Shown piece by piece: positions 17,837-28,407 of a DNA stretch of 64,000 nucleotides. The stretch is from positions 6,285,354-6,349,353 of the forward strand of contig OZ242036.1 of the NCBI GenBank assembly GCA_965205075.1. The letters are read 5' to 3'. The notes beneath the pieces were generated by a model that worked only from the letters and a program-made list of their open reading frames with translations, searched no databases and had not been told where the DNA came from. Source of the DNA: Candidatus Poribacteria bacterium. Lineage in GTDB: Bacteria; Poribacteria; WGA-4E; PCPOR2b. The position numbers were made by a program, and so were the translations under genes. Positions within the stretch are counted from its first letter, which is position 1. Each line of letters begins with the position of its first letter.

Positions 17837-18931
17837 ATGCAGCCGACACAAGTTGCTGTCATTGGCTGTGGGAGGATTGCCAACGAGGGACACCTGCCCG
17901 CATACCGCACAGCGGCAGAGGCAGGTCTTTGCACACTAGTAGGCGTGTGCGATGTCATTCCAGAGCGGGCACGGCAGACCGCACGACAGTATGACACGAA
18001 GGCTTTTGAATCAGCCGAAGATATGATTGCCGAAACGCAGCCGGAGGTGGTGAGTGTTACCACCATGCCATCGAGTCACCATCACCTAACGTTACACGCA
18101 CTTAACGCCGGGTGCCATGTGTTGTGTGAGAAGCCGGTTGCGATGAATCTCAGCGAAGCGGAGGAGATGGTCCAAGCGGCTGAACGTGCCGGGCGCCTCT
18201 TGAGCGTCTGTTTCGAGTATCGCTATTGGGATGAATCGATCTATCTGTATAACCGCATTGCCGCCGGTGACCTCGGTCCAGTACATGCAGTGCGCACTTG
18301 GGGCGGGAGTGTATACGGTTTCCCGACGATTACGAGTTTCCACCGACAAGCGAGCGCAGGTCGTGGTGTTCTAGACCATTGGACGATTCACAATCTAGAT
18401 TTGGCGCTCTGGTTGTTGGGCAACCCTGAACCGCTCACTGCCAGCGCATTCTGTCATCAACGTCTAGCTCGCTATCCGGCGGGGTTGGGCCCATCGCTCA
18501 ATACGATTAAGCCAGAGGCAGTGGATCCAGAGATTGAAGACTTCGCCATGGGTTTCGTGCGGGTGGAAGGTGGCACAGTGATCGCCGTTGAAGCAAACTG
18601 GCTACAACCCCCGTCCGAACGTCATGAGGGGTGGGAGTTGCTTGCAGAGCGCGGGACGGCATCGATCTCACCCATCCGCGTGTGGCACGACCACGGTGAT
18701 AAATGGGTTGATGCTACACCCCCGCCGGGGACCCTAGTACCATGTGACTACCGTATGGAACGGTTAATCACGGGCTTTCTGCAAGTTGTTCGCGCCGGCA
18801 AACCAGCGCCGGTGTCAGGTGCAGAGATTTTGCGTATCCAGCGCCTCATGGATGCTCTGTATGAATCTGCGGCGCGGGGGCATGAGGTCGCCGTTGCGAC
18901 AATGCTATCGAATCCGGCGGAGCAGGAATGA
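17837..18931 (+). CDS. Gfo/Idh/MocA oxidoreductase
   Basis: VIGCGRI, HVLCEKP, DHWTIHNLD. Confidence 0.9.
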   Translation: MQPTQVAVIGCGRIANEGHLPAYRTAAEAGLCTLVGVCDVIPERARQTARQYDTKAFESAEDMIAETQPEVVSVTTMPSSHHHLTLHALNAGCHVLCEKPVAMNLSEAEEMVQAAERAGRLLSVCFEYRYWDESIYLYNRIAAGDLGPVHAVRTWGGSVYGFPTITSFHRQASAGRGVLDHWTIHNLDLALWLLGNPEPLTASAFCHQRLARYPAGLGPSLNTIKPEAVDPEIEDFAMGFVRVEGGTVIAVEANWLQPPSERHEGWELLAERGTASISPIRVWHDHGDKWVDATPPPGTLVPCDYRMERLITGFLQVVRAGKPAPVSGAEILRIQRLMDALYESAARGHEVAVATMLSNPAEQE

Positions 18932-19051
18932 ACCAGCCGGACAAACGAAGTATACCAGACGGATACAACATGGCGGTCATGCTTATCTCAGAGGATGTGC
19001 GAAGGGGACAGGTGCTTCATCAGGATTCTCACGGACGAAGGGGGTTAGCTC

Positions 19052-19663
19052 ATGGGATTAATCTATATCGAGTATATCAGTCGTCGCCCAGGCGTAGATA
19101 TGGCAGACTTCCGAGCCGGGGTGACCCACGGACAGGAGGGTTGGGACACCGGCTATGGGGAAGACCAGCTGGTGTTGAACATTGGTCGGACGTGGCGACT
19201 GGGACCAGAACCGGAATATCTGGCGGCCTGGTATTCACCACAAGCAAGTTTTGATCGGATTGATGCTTGGGATCGCATCTTCCGCAGTGATGAGGTGGAT
19301 CCGCTGGAACGCTCTTTTTTTCAGGTTGCGCGGATTGATGTCGCCGGTTGTTATACGCCATTGGTCGAACCGGTTTACGCCCGCAATGGACCCTATTATG
19401 CCGAATTCTTTCGCGTCCAAGCAGATTTGGATACCATCCGCAGTTTCTACACCGCACGGACTCAAAGGCATCCTCACTTTGCCCTCACTTTGCTGGTGAG
19501 CCGTATTGGGAAACTCGGTCCGGAGCCGGGTGGACTCGCCATCTGGCAGATACCGAACTTCGTAGCGTTGGGGGCGATTGCTCAGGAATTGGATGGGGTA
19601 CGCTTGCCCATCGAGTTGGTAACTGCTGGAACCTACATGGATTTCGGACACGAGATTTTGTGA
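19052..19663 (+). CDS. Hypothetical protein with internal two-fold repeat
   Basis: Halves share YxE, LGPEP..LAxW and AGxY motifs. Confidence 0.65.
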   Translation: MGLIYIEYISRRPGVDMADFRAGVTHGQEGWDTGYGEDQLVLNIGRTWRLGPEPEYLAAWYSPQASFDRIDAWDRIFRSDEVDPLERSFFQVARIDVAGCYTPLVEPVYARNGPYYAEFFRVQADLDTIRSFYTARTQRHPHFALTLLVSRIGKLGPEPGGLAIWQIPNFVALGAIAQELDGVRLPIELVTAGTYMDFGHEIL

Positions 19664-19781
19664 ATGCCTGTGAATCAATTTGTAGGCCCTGTTCCAAATC
19701 TATCGGGGTTTATAATCACCGCGCCTATACCTGTATGGGAGGAAGCGTGAACTACTCGGAAAAGTGGAAAGGATCGCTATA

Positions 19782-21593
19782 ATGAAAGATGAGATCATTT
19801 CAGATTTGAGTCAGTGTCAACCAGCCCACCGTCTTGACCGGGACTATCGGCATGGCACATGGCGGTTGATTGACTACGAAACCGAAGAATTTGCTGGCAC
19901 CATGATCTACTCCGGCCCAGGCATGAATTCAGGGGCGTTGACATTGCCCTTAAACTGTGAGGGCTACCATGCAATATACGTGGGTGTCCATTACCCCGGT
20001 CAATTTGGGGACGCTCATGTGCGTCTCCGTTTGACCGATGATCCGGCATACACCCTCGTGAGGGCAGAAACGCAATCTGGAAAGGATCTCAACGGCATTC
20101 CACCGGAACTGAGATGGAGCCACACAACGAAAGCATTCTCAGATTACCAAGTTTCTGAGGCTTTCTGGAAGGTCGCGGATCTCACCGGGGTTGACCTCAT
20201 CATCAGTCGCTTCAACGAGGGTGGTCGGGGTGGTAGCTATACCGAAATGTACAGCAACTTGGTCTATGTACGGCTTGTCCCTCTTTCCGAAGCAGAAATG
20301 GAGGAATATCAGCAGGAACTGCCGCGGACGGATACCAAGCGTCTCGTGGCTATGAACGATGCCGGTATTTTCTCCGAACTACGCACGAAGGAAGATATCT
20401 GGGCGCAATTTGAGCCGTATCGGGACAGCGATGTGGAGATTATGCTGTGGGCGACCTTCAAAGGCGAAAACTGTACCTATCGCAGCCGTATTGGTCGCAC
20501 ACTGACTGACAGTGACAATCCCTTTGACCGCTTCGCCGCTCACGAGCGTTGGGACGTGACGCTTGAGAAGTTAGAGGAACAAGGGATTGACTTCATGGCG
20601 GAGATCGTGCAAGCTGCCCACACGCTTGGCATACGTATCTTCCCAAGTCTCCGCCTACAAGGTCCGAAAGCGGTGCCGCTGGAGATGGAAAAGGGGAGTT
20701 TCTATGAACGGCATCCCGAATTTCGTTGTAAGGACAAGCACGGTAGGGGGATAGCGCATCTCAGTTTGGCTTTTCCTGAAGTCCGGCATCTGTGGATTTC
20801 TCTCCTCTGTGAAGCGTTGGAATATGGATTTGATGGGGTGCATGTGATTTTTTGTCGTTCCCAACCTTTCGTGTTATATGAGGCGCCGGTGATTCAACGG
20901 TTTCGTCAGGAATATGGAGAGGACCCGCGTGAATGTCCAGACGACGACCCACGTTTTTGGAGGGTGCTGTCCACTTTTGTTACCCAATTTGCTCGTGAAC
21001 TCAGGACGGCTGTTGATGCCATGAGCCAAAAAATGGGGCGGAAACTTGAGATCGCCTACAATATCACTTCGACGATGGAAAGCCGACTTCGGGCACCGGG
21101 GATTGCCCCGGCTTCCAGACCAGAAGTCGCTGGGGGTGCTGGTAAATATAACCTCAGTGAGGTCATGCAGAGTAATATGGTATGGGGAGTTGATGTTGAG
21201 GCTTTGGTGAGAGAGGGCTTGGTAGATTACTTGATGCCCCATCCAACTTTTGCGATGAACGCGGCAGAATGGATTCAACCGATGGTGGAATTGGTAAAGG
21301 ATACGCCGGTAAAATTGTATCCAGATCTCTATCCCCGCCGTCAACCTCCAGCCGCCTCCCTCTACTCCGCGCAAACCTTATATGAGCTAGGCTGTGATGG
21401 TCTTACCTTGTGGGATACCTATTCTCGAGTGTTCCGGATCTCCGAATGGGCGATGATGAAACGCCTTGGACATCGAGAAGCGTTGAAGGATTGGCGAGAA
21501 GATGGCAAGGGCGACGACTACTTTCGTGTCTTGAATTTCAAATGGGTTGGCGATCGGAGTGGTGATCCACGTTACTACCAAACTAATGGATAA
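19782..21593 (+). CDS. Glycoside hydrolase-like (GHL10/DUF187-type TIM barrel) protein
   Basis: FYERHPEF...LSLAFPEVR...YGFDGVHVIFCR; N-terminal beta-rich domain. Confidence 0.6.
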   Translation: MKDEIISDLSQCQPAHRLDRDYRHGTWRLIDYETEEFAGTMIYSGPGMNSGALTLPLNCEGYHAIYVGVHYPGQFGDAHVRLRLTDDPAYTLVRAETQSGKDLNGIPPELRWSHTTKAFSDYQVSEAFWKVADLTGVDLIISRFNEGGRGGSYTEMYSNLVYVRLVPLSEAEMEEYQQELPRTDTKRLVAMNDAGIFSELRTKEDIWAQFEPYRDSDVEIMLWATFKGENCTYRSRIGRTLTDSDNPFDRFAAHERWDVTLEKLEEQGIDFMAEIVQAAHTLGIRIFPSLRLQGPKAVPLEMEKGSFYERHPEFRCKDKHGRGIAHLSLAFPEVRHLWISLLCEALEYGFDGVHVIFCRSQPFVLYEAPVIQRFRQEYGEDPRECPDDDPRFWRVLSTFVTQFARELRTAVDAMSQKMGRKLEIAYNITSTMESRLRAPGIAPASRPEVAGGAGKYNLSEVMQSNMVWGVDVEALVREGLVDYLMPHPTFAMNAAEWIQPMVELVKDTPVKLYPDLYPRRQPPAASLYSAQTLYELGCDGLTLWDTYSRVFRISEWAMMKRLGHREALKDWREDGKGDDYFRVLNFKWVGDRSGDPRYYQTNG

Positions 21594-21762
21594 ATAGTCC
21601 TTTCTTTCGCTCGGAGTAGGTTCTTGACTTTTTCAGATTGTCCATGCTACGATAGCTTCCGTGATTTACCTCTTTTCGATTCGGTTATGGTTGACTTAGC
21701 GGATACTCATACAATGAGAAATCCAGACACAATCTATTGAGCAGATTGGTAGTTTTTAGCCC

Positions 21763-23151
21763 ATGACAGACCACCACCAGCAAAACACCAATATACTCCA
21801 GCGTTGGGGGGCGGTGTTAACTACTTGGACCGAAAGATGGATTCCAGATGCCCTCGTAATTGTTTGGATACTGACAGCGATTTGCTTTATTTTCGCTCTC
21901 ATCTGGGGAGATGCTTCGCCGGTGTCAGCGGTAAAGGCGTGGGGCAATGGGTTTTGGGTGTTGCTTGAGTTTGGGATGCAGGTGTGTCTGACGATGATCA
22001 CAGGGTATATCCTCGCCAGTGCACCGATCGTCAGACGTACCCTTCAAAAGCTAGCGTCGTTACCAAATCCGGATAAGCCTACACAATCAATTATCCTGAT
22101 GAGTCTGTTTTCCATGGTTACCGCTTGGCTCAGTTGGGCTTTCAGCCTGATCGCGAGTGCGCTGTTTGCTGTGTTCTTGGTGCATCGAAATCAGAAGGTT
22201 GATTATCGGCTGCTTGTGGCGGCGGCTTATCTTGGGTTGGGGTGTACATGGCACGCTGGATTGTCCGCTTCCGCACCCCTTTTGGTGAATACGCCCGACA
22301 ACTTTCTGATTCAGGGCGAGATTCTCCAAACGACCATTCCAGCGACTGAAACCATTTTTAGCCCTTTTAACCTCCTCCTACTTGTGTTGGTCATCGTTAT
22401 AGTGACTGCAATGATGGCGATGATGCACCCTTCAGCAGAGAACACTTACCGGATCAAACCTGAACTTTTAGAACAGTTACAGCTATTCGAGGCACCTGAA
22501 AAACCACATTCGATGTCGCCATCAATATGGCTGAATTGGTGGCCCGGTTTTAACTTGATTGTTGGAGTAACTGGTTTTGCTTGGCTGTTTGGTCACATTG
22601 TCCGCTTAGGCTTCGCCAATGCTATTACCCTTAATACCATCAATTTCTTTTTTTTAATGCTCAGTATTCTTTTGCATTGGTACCCGTGGCGGTTTCTTAA
22701 AGCCGCCGAAAATGCAGGCAAGGTTGTGTGGGGAGTTATTATTCAGTTCCCATTCTATGCCGGTATCTTTGGTCTGTTCAAATTTACCGATCTTGCGACC
22801 GCATTTACCCAAGCCTTCATCGCCATCGGGAGCAAAAACACGTTCTTGCTGATTGCTTATTGGTATGCCGGTATTTTGAATTACTTTATTCCCTCCGGTG
22901 GCTCAGAATGGGCGGTTACAGCACCATACCTTATACCCGCGGGAAACGCGCTCGGTGTTGAAGCGTCAAAGATAGTTGTTGCATACGCTTGGGGCGACAT
23001 GATGACTGACATGATTCAGCCCTTCTGGGCGATTGCAATGCTCGCCATCGTTAAATTAGAATTTAGAGAGATTATGGGCCGTCTATTACTGGTTTTCTTT
23101 GTATATGTTGGAGTGACCTCGGCGGCGTTCCTCATATGGCCCTTGTTGTAG
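21763..23151 (+). CDS. atoE: Short-chain fatty acid transporter (AtoE family)
   Basis: WGNGFW.LL.F.MQ, DYRLLVAAAY, WHAGLSASAPL, IIQFPFYAGI, PSGGSEW, QPFWA. Confidence 0.88.
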   Translation: MTDHHQQNTNILQRWGAVLTTWTERWIPDALVIVWILTAICFIFALIWGDASPVSAVKAWGNGFWVLLEFGMQVCLTMITGYILASAPIVRRTLQKLASLPNPDKPTQSIILMSLFSMVTAWLSWAFSLIASALFAVFLVHRNQKVDYRLLVAAAYLGLGCTWHAGLSASAPLLVNTPDNFLIQGEILQTTIPATETIFSPFNLLLLVLVIVIVTAMMAMMHPSAENTYRIKPELLEQLQLFEAPEKPHSMSPSIWLNWWPGFNLIVGVTGFAWLFGHIVRLGFANAITLNTINFFFLMLSILLHWYPWRFLKAAENAGKVVWGVIIQFPFYAGIFGLFKFTDLATAFTQAFIAIGSKNTFLLIAYWYAGILNYFIPSGGSEWAVTAPYLIPAGNALGVEASKIVVAYAWGDMMTDMIQPFWAIAMLAIVKLEFREIMGRLLLVFFVYVGVTSAAFLIWPLL

Positions 23152-23275
23152 ACGGATAGAGCAGTCCTGGACTTGAAGAAAAGAGCCCTTAGAAACAACA
23201 GAATCGGATATATTCATGCAACTGTGAACAATCTTTTTGGAACCCTATTTTCCACAACCCATGGAGAATTCAACA

Positions 23276-24325
23276 ATGACAAGGCACTTTGATTTTCTTT
23301 GGCTGTTTGTGCTGCTTCTACTCCTTCCAACTGACGGATACGCCCCCTGTGTTATGTTTACGCCTCCGGACCAAGAATTAAATGGCACCGGGCAACGTGC
23401 GTTCATTGCTTATAATCCGCAAACACAACAGGTCAATCTCGTTCCTAGCATCAACATCAGCGGTGAAGCGACAGAATTTGCTGTCGTCATCCCAACGCCA
23501 TCCATCCCTAAACTTGACACAGTAGATCGGCGGATCTTTAGGGAGTTGAATGACCTTACGATGCCAGTGACCCGATGGCGTGGGGGTGGCGGAAGTTCGG
23601 GGTGTAACGTTTTCACAACAGAGGACAGTGACGGCATCGCTGTATTTGATAGTCCTCACGAAGAGGAGGGGGTTACTGTCATCTCTGAGCAAGAGGTGGG
23701 GGCTTTTGATACCGTTATTCTCACGGCTAATAATCCAATGGCACTAACCGATTGGCTTGACGAACACGGCTATCACCATTCCATTGACGACAATGCAATA
23801 CTACAGGGCTACATCGATCAGAAATGGGTATTCACCGCTATGCGATTGCGCGTGGAGTTTACAGATGGTGGGCGTCGGTCCGCCCGCTTTTTCGACCAAC
23901 CCATTGATCCAATTTTATTGACATATAGGGCAGAGCGGTTAATCTATCCATTGCGTCTAACCTCGATTAGTGCCCGGGAGGGTACAGATGTTACCGTATA
24001 CATTCTTACCCCGAATAAAATGCACTTTCCAAGCGCGAAAGTTGAGTACGCCAACTGGATTACTGATAGTGAGCGCGATGCAATTCGTCTACGTTATCCA
24101 ACTCTCGGTAGCTTTATCGGAGAATCACATTACCTAACTCGTTTGCGTCGTAGTTTTGCCCGAACCGAAATGGATACAGATTTTGAGTTAGTTCGTCACC
24201 AAGACAACCAAGAATTTCGGCGCGTCCGGTATATGGGATTTACTTCTCTGCCTGATATTCTACTGCTCGGTTTAATGACAGTTGGCTACTTTGTATGGAG
24301 ACGAATACGACCATTCAGACGGTAG
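23276..24325 (+). CDS. DUF2330-domain exported protein
   Basis: Signal peptide, FAVVIPTPS.P, WL..HGY, YPLRLT, YLTRL, C-terminal TM. Confidence 0.75.
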   Translation: MTRHFDFLWLFVLLLLLPTDGYAPCVMFTPPDQELNGTGQRAFIAYNPQTQQVNLVPSINISGEATEFAVVIPTPSIPKLDTVDRRIFRELNDLTMPVTRWRGGGGSSGCNVFTTEDSDGIAVFDSPHEEEGVTVISEQEVGAFDTVILTANNPMALTDWLDEHGYHHSIDDNAILQGYIDQKWVFTAMRLRVEFTDGGRRSARFFDQPIDPILLTYRAERLIYPLRLTSISAREGTDVTVYILTPNKMHFPSAKVEYANWITDSERDAIRLRYPTLGSFIGESHYLTRLRRSFARTEMDTDFELVRHQDNQEFRRVRYMGFTSLPDILLLGLMTVGYFVWRRIRPFRR

Positions 24326-24364
24326 TTGCAAACTGAAATGACCGAATCAAAGGAGATCGATTGA

Positions 24365-24997
24365 ATGAATTCCCAACGTCATAGATTGATTATACTTTTT
24401 AGTCTTATATGTGTAGCTCTCATTTTTCCACGTATTTCGTCTGCTAGGTTCCAAGAGGGCTTCGGACTGTACGGAGGGTTCCATAGCCCATCAGAGGCTA
24501 GCACCGATGGCATTTACGGAAGCGGGCCTATGTTCGGGGTGCAGTATAAACTCGCGGTTTCGACTCACACGGGGTTAGCATCATCGATCGGTGTTCTACA
24601 GAAGCAGGGCGATCCCTACAACGATAACACCTTCATCGGTACAGATCCATCATCTAGTGTAACGTTTGTGCCTGCTGAAATCAGTTACATCATCAATCTC
24701 ATATCAAATCTACCCGAAACAGAACGGCGGATTCACAGTTTGTACATCGGTGTCGGTGTTAATCATATTTGGACCCGTGAACGGGCACCCGGATCCTCCC
24801 TTTCCAAAGGCAACGCCTTTGGAAATCAGCTTTTGGCTGGCACAACTTTCTCAATATCGAAGAGCTTTGTTTTGGGTTTAGAGTTCAAATATCTGAGAAA
24901 TCGACCGCTCATGAAATTGGATTCGGGGCGCACCTATCGTGTACAACTCGATGGTACACAGGCTCAAATGACATTTATGTGGCATTTCGGGGATTAA
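24365..24997 (+). CDS. Outer-membrane beta-barrel protein (OmpW/OmpA-like)
   Basis: Signal peptide, amphipathic strands (LYIGVGV, LGLEFKY), aromatic C-terminus WHF. Confidence 0.65.
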   Translation: MNSQRHRLIILFSLICVALIFPRISSARFQEGFGLYGGFHSPSEASTDGIYGSGPMFGVQYKLAVSTHTGLASSIGVLQKQGDPYNDNTFIGTDPSSSVTFVPAEISYIINLISNLPETERRIHSLYIGVGVNHIWTRERAPGSSLSKGNAFGNQLLAGTTFSISKSFVLGLEFKYLRNRPLMKLDSGRTYRVQLDGTQAQMTFMWHFGD

Positions 24998-25126
24998 TGA
25001 CTTGTGTGGGTGGTTACAGATTCTGATCAGAAAGCGTCCAACCGTAACTATGCCCGAATCATTCGATAGACCTTGTTGATTGTGCTTTGGAGAAATAAAG
25101 TCGCTGTATAATAAAAAGGGAGTGTT

Positions 25127-26566
25127 ATGCCTAAAATCATCGTTGCTAATTACTTTCAAGAAACCAATTCGTTCCACCCCAATCCCACTACGTATGAGGA
25201 TTTTAGTGTTCACTTGGGTCAGGATTTATTCGATGCCGGTCGTGAGGATATCAACGGTGCGATGAACATCTTTTTTCAGCGGTCCGACTTGGAGGTTGTG
25301 CCCACTTACGGAGCTAGTATGGGTGCGGGTGGTACAATCACCCACGAATGTTTTGAGCGAATCACCGGAGAATGCTTGGAAGCAATTGAGAAAAACAGTG
25401 CTGGGGCAGACGCCCTGTTTTTCGCCATGCATGGAGCGATGGCTGCCGAGATAGAGAAGGACCCCGAAGGTTACATCCTCGAAGAAACCCGTAAGATCTT
25501 GGGACCGGATGTCCCCATTGTTATTTCTCTCGACATGCACGGCACTGTTACCCGGCGTATGTTAGAGCTTATCGATGGTGCTGCTATCTTGCACACGTAT
25601 CCGCACATTGACTGGTATCAGTTGGGTGAGCGGAGTGCTACAATGCTGCTAAGTATCCTCGATGGTGCGAAACCTATTATCGGTAGTGTGTATACACCCA
25701 CCATGGTGCGTGGGGACGAACTCAAGACCGCGACCGGTGTGCACGGCACGTTCATTCGACACCTTGAGCGGCTTGAGGAACGGGAGGATGTCTTGGCTGC
25801 GGGCATTATGTTAGGTCACCCGCCCACTGACTGCCCGGAGCAGGGATCTCGAATCATCATCGTTACTGATAATAACAGGGAATTGGCTGAAGTAGAAGCG
25901 ATGCGAATCGGTCAGAATTTCTGGGACATGCGTGAGCGGATGCAGTGCGTGCTATACAGTGTGGAGGAGGCGATCGAAAACGCGAAGAAAGCGGATGGTG
26001 CGGTTGTCTTTTCCGATGCTGCGGACGCTACAAGCTCTGGGGCACCGGGAACTAGTAACGCAATCCTAAAAGGGTTTTTAGCGAGCGGCTACACAGGACG
26101 GGTGCTTTTGCCTATCCGAGATGAACCGGCGATTGAGAAAGCGATGGAGGCGGGTTTAGGCAGCACCATCACCGTACCACTCGGTGGCACGAAAGACCCC
26201 CGTTTTACCCCGATAGATGTGGAGGTCACGGTAGAAGCCCTCGCTATAAGAGACAATGTGTCGATAGCTGTTCTCAGGACTGGTAACATCACTATCGTCG
26301 CTGCTACCCAAGGCGGTATACTATGCGATCGATGGATGTATCCCGCTGTTGGTCAGGATCCGAAGACGTTTGACGTCATTATCCAGAAGTTGCCGCATAC
26401 CCCCTATGAATTTTATGACGAGTGGGCTGTCCGAAACATGACTATCGACGTTCCGGGCGCAGCGAGCCCTAATATCAAGACGCTAGGCCACAAAATTGTA
26501 CGGCGACCGATTTACCCACTTGATGAAAACATGTCTTACACTCCGCAGGTCGAGATATTCGACTAG
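25127..26566 (+). CDS. M81 family metallopeptidase (MlrC-like)
   Basis: QETNSF, MHGAM, DPEG, SLDMH, TYPHID. Confidence 0.88.
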   Translation: MPKIIVANYFQETNSFHPNPTTYEDFSVHLGQDLFDAGREDINGAMNIFFQRSDLEVVPTYGASMGAGGTITHECFERITGECLEAIEKNSAGADALFFAMHGAMAAEIEKDPEGYILEETRKILGPDVPIVISLDMHGTVTRRMLELIDGAAILHTYPHIDWYQLGERSATMLLSILDGAKPIIGSVYTPTMVRGDELKTATGVHGTFIRHLERLEEREDVLAAGIMLGHPPTDCPEQGSRIIIVTDNNRELAEVEAMRIGQNFWDMRERMQCVLYSVEEAIENAKKADGAVVFSDAADATSSGAPGTSNAILKGFLASGYTGRVLLPIRDEPAIEKAMEAGLGSTITVPLGGTKDPRFTPIDVEVTVEALAIRDNVSIAVLRTGNITIVAATQGGILCDRWMYPAVGQDPKTFDVIIQKLPHTPYEFYDEWAVRNMTIDVPGAASPNIKTLGHKIVRRPIYPLDENMSYTPQVEIFD

Positions 26567-26685
26567 TAGATTGCGGCAAAGATCGGTTTGAATTAAATTT
26601 CTTGTCATCCTGTCACTAGCTCATGATATAATGGTGCTCAGTTTTAGTATACCTCGGATTGCTTCAAGAGGGGAGGATACCATAA

Positions 26686-28347
26686 ATGGTAGACGATAGT
26701 AGAGAAGAACACCGAATGATCATTTTTGGCAATGACAGCGACCCCGTCCAAGAACACTTAATTCGAGAAGGAAGTGTAGACAAAGATCTGTCTACACAAA
26801 ACGGGATTTTAGAGCGAAAAATACATGCCGAATCCTACACAGTTACCCTATACGCGTTATTAAAAGATTACGGTCTAATCCCTGTTTTTCGGATTAAGCC
26901 AAGGATACGATTCCGCCGATTTAACTACGATAACCAAGCTTCGAGTGCACCGCTCCGTTACAACTTAAATGACATCGTTGATTTTGCCGAAGTCAAACGT
27001 GGTATTGAATCGGGTGAACCTGTAGATAGTGCGCTTCAGGAACAGGTCTTCGGAGACGCTCCCAGCCTCAAAGACTTGTCTGATGATCCTGCACTACAAC
27101 TGGTATCTCAACGCGACCTGTTTTTACGCAATCCCCCTTTTAAGACCAAGACTAAGGTCTTCGGCGGCGAGGAAGGTGATACGCACGGGATTCCAATCGG
27201 AAAATTCCTCGATGCGCTTAACCATCCCGCACAAACTCAAGCTATTTTCAAACCCTTTCCTCAAGGTTCGTCGTTTGCCACAGATCTTTTGGAAGCCTTG
27301 GAACCTTTCCATCACCTAGAATTTCAGTTCGGTGTCTATTCACGCTATGAAAGACGAGATTGTGTGCTAGCAGGTGACATCTCTAAAGCGGCGGGGGGAT
27401 ACCGCACCACTTTTGATCCGTGGACGGTATTGGGGTATATCCACTCTGATGGTCAGATGCAACAGCTCCAAATTCTTGCCCATGAAAGAGGCACACGGTG
27501 GGAACATAAAATTATGATTGAGGAGATAGACGCGCCCACACTTGAACTGATTTCTCAAGAGATACGCACGCTAAGACAGGATAATCTTATTGGTCGGATT
27601 TTGTCCAAAAGCCAGACCGGCTTATCGCTCCTAGCAAGCACACAAGAAACGCGGGTCAATGCAACAAATGATCTATTTGCAGATTATGAGTTGAAAGTGG
27701 AAACGTCCATTCCGAACGACCGGTATGCAGACATTGAATGCCGAAGAAGATTACGCCGTGTCTTTAACTCAAATGGTCAATATCAGCTGCATCCTCTCAA
27801 TAAGGATATTGTTGAGAGACATCTTAACCTTGCAAAAGGCATCAACAGTGGTGTGGTATATACTCTGGATAACGTTTATCTGATGCAGGGGCCCACTCCA
27901 CAAAGGGTCAAAGAGGCGGATTTGGTCATCACAAGAACCCCGATTCGTGAAAGAGTCGTTATGCGGTCGGCACGGGACTTGAGAGAACGGATGCCAACAA
28001 ATGGATTTGAGAAATGCTGGAATGAGTCCATTGATGAGGCAGGGTATACGATTGTCAACAAGGCAAGCGGCAGATGCTATACCGTCAGTTACGGTAGAAG
28101 GAAAGCTGGAAATATCCTTGATGGTACGGTCACAACCCAACCTTCGGAACATTACCTCTCAATCAAATATCTGGGAATCGTTCCTGACCGTTACGGAGAT
28201 TTTATCTCTAAGACTTCCGCAGGCACCACGAGGAAGCGGAATATTCCACCGCGGGTGTTGTTTGGAATGATGTCCACAAGGGAAGATAAAGTCATTCAAG
28301 AGATGAAAAGTCTGGTAATGCATCTAAAAAATAAAGAATCGGTCTGA
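26686..28347 (+). CDS. Hypothetical protein, probable tandem CYTH/VTC (triphosphate tunnel) domains
   Basis: LERK, RFNYD, YERR...RTTFD, WEHK, SK..GL in N-half; YELK...YLSIKYLG in C-half; GGAGG RBS. Confidence 0.55.
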   Translation: MVDDSREEHRMIIFGNDSDPVQEHLIREGSVDKDLSTQNGILERKIHAESYTVTLYALLKDYGLIPVFRIKPRIRFRRFNYDNQASSAPLRYNLNDIVDFAEVKRGIESGEPVDSALQEQVFGDAPSLKDLSDDPALQLVSQRDLFLRNPPFKTKTKVFGGEEGDTHGIPIGKFLDALNHPAQTQAIFKPFPQGSSFATDLLEALEPFHHLEFQFGVYSRYERRDCVLAGDISKAAGGYRTTFDPWTVLGYIHSDGQMQQLQILAHERGTRWEHKIMIEEIDAPTLELISQEIRTLRQDNLIGRILSKSQTGLSLLASTQETRVNATNDLFADYELKVETSIPNDRYADIECRRRLRRVFNSNGQYQLHPLNKDIVERHLNLAKGINSGVVYTLDNVYLMQGPTPQRVKEADLVITRTPIRERVVMRSARDLRERMPTNGFEKCWNESIDEAGYTIVNKASGRCYTVSYGRRKAGNILDGTVTTQPSEHYLSIKYLGIVPDRYGDFISKTSAGTTRKRNIPPRVLFGMMSTREDKVIQEMKSLVMHLKNKESV

Positions 28348-28407
28348 GATGATTCTAATCCTCCCTTGAGGGTTTGAGTCGTTGCACACATAGGAGTGGG
28401 CAAGTCG

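Noticed and set aside
18928-19254. 108-aa ORF overlapping the oxidoreductase stop
   Set aside because: Overlaps the more protein-like 19052 ORF in another frame and has no recognisable motifs.
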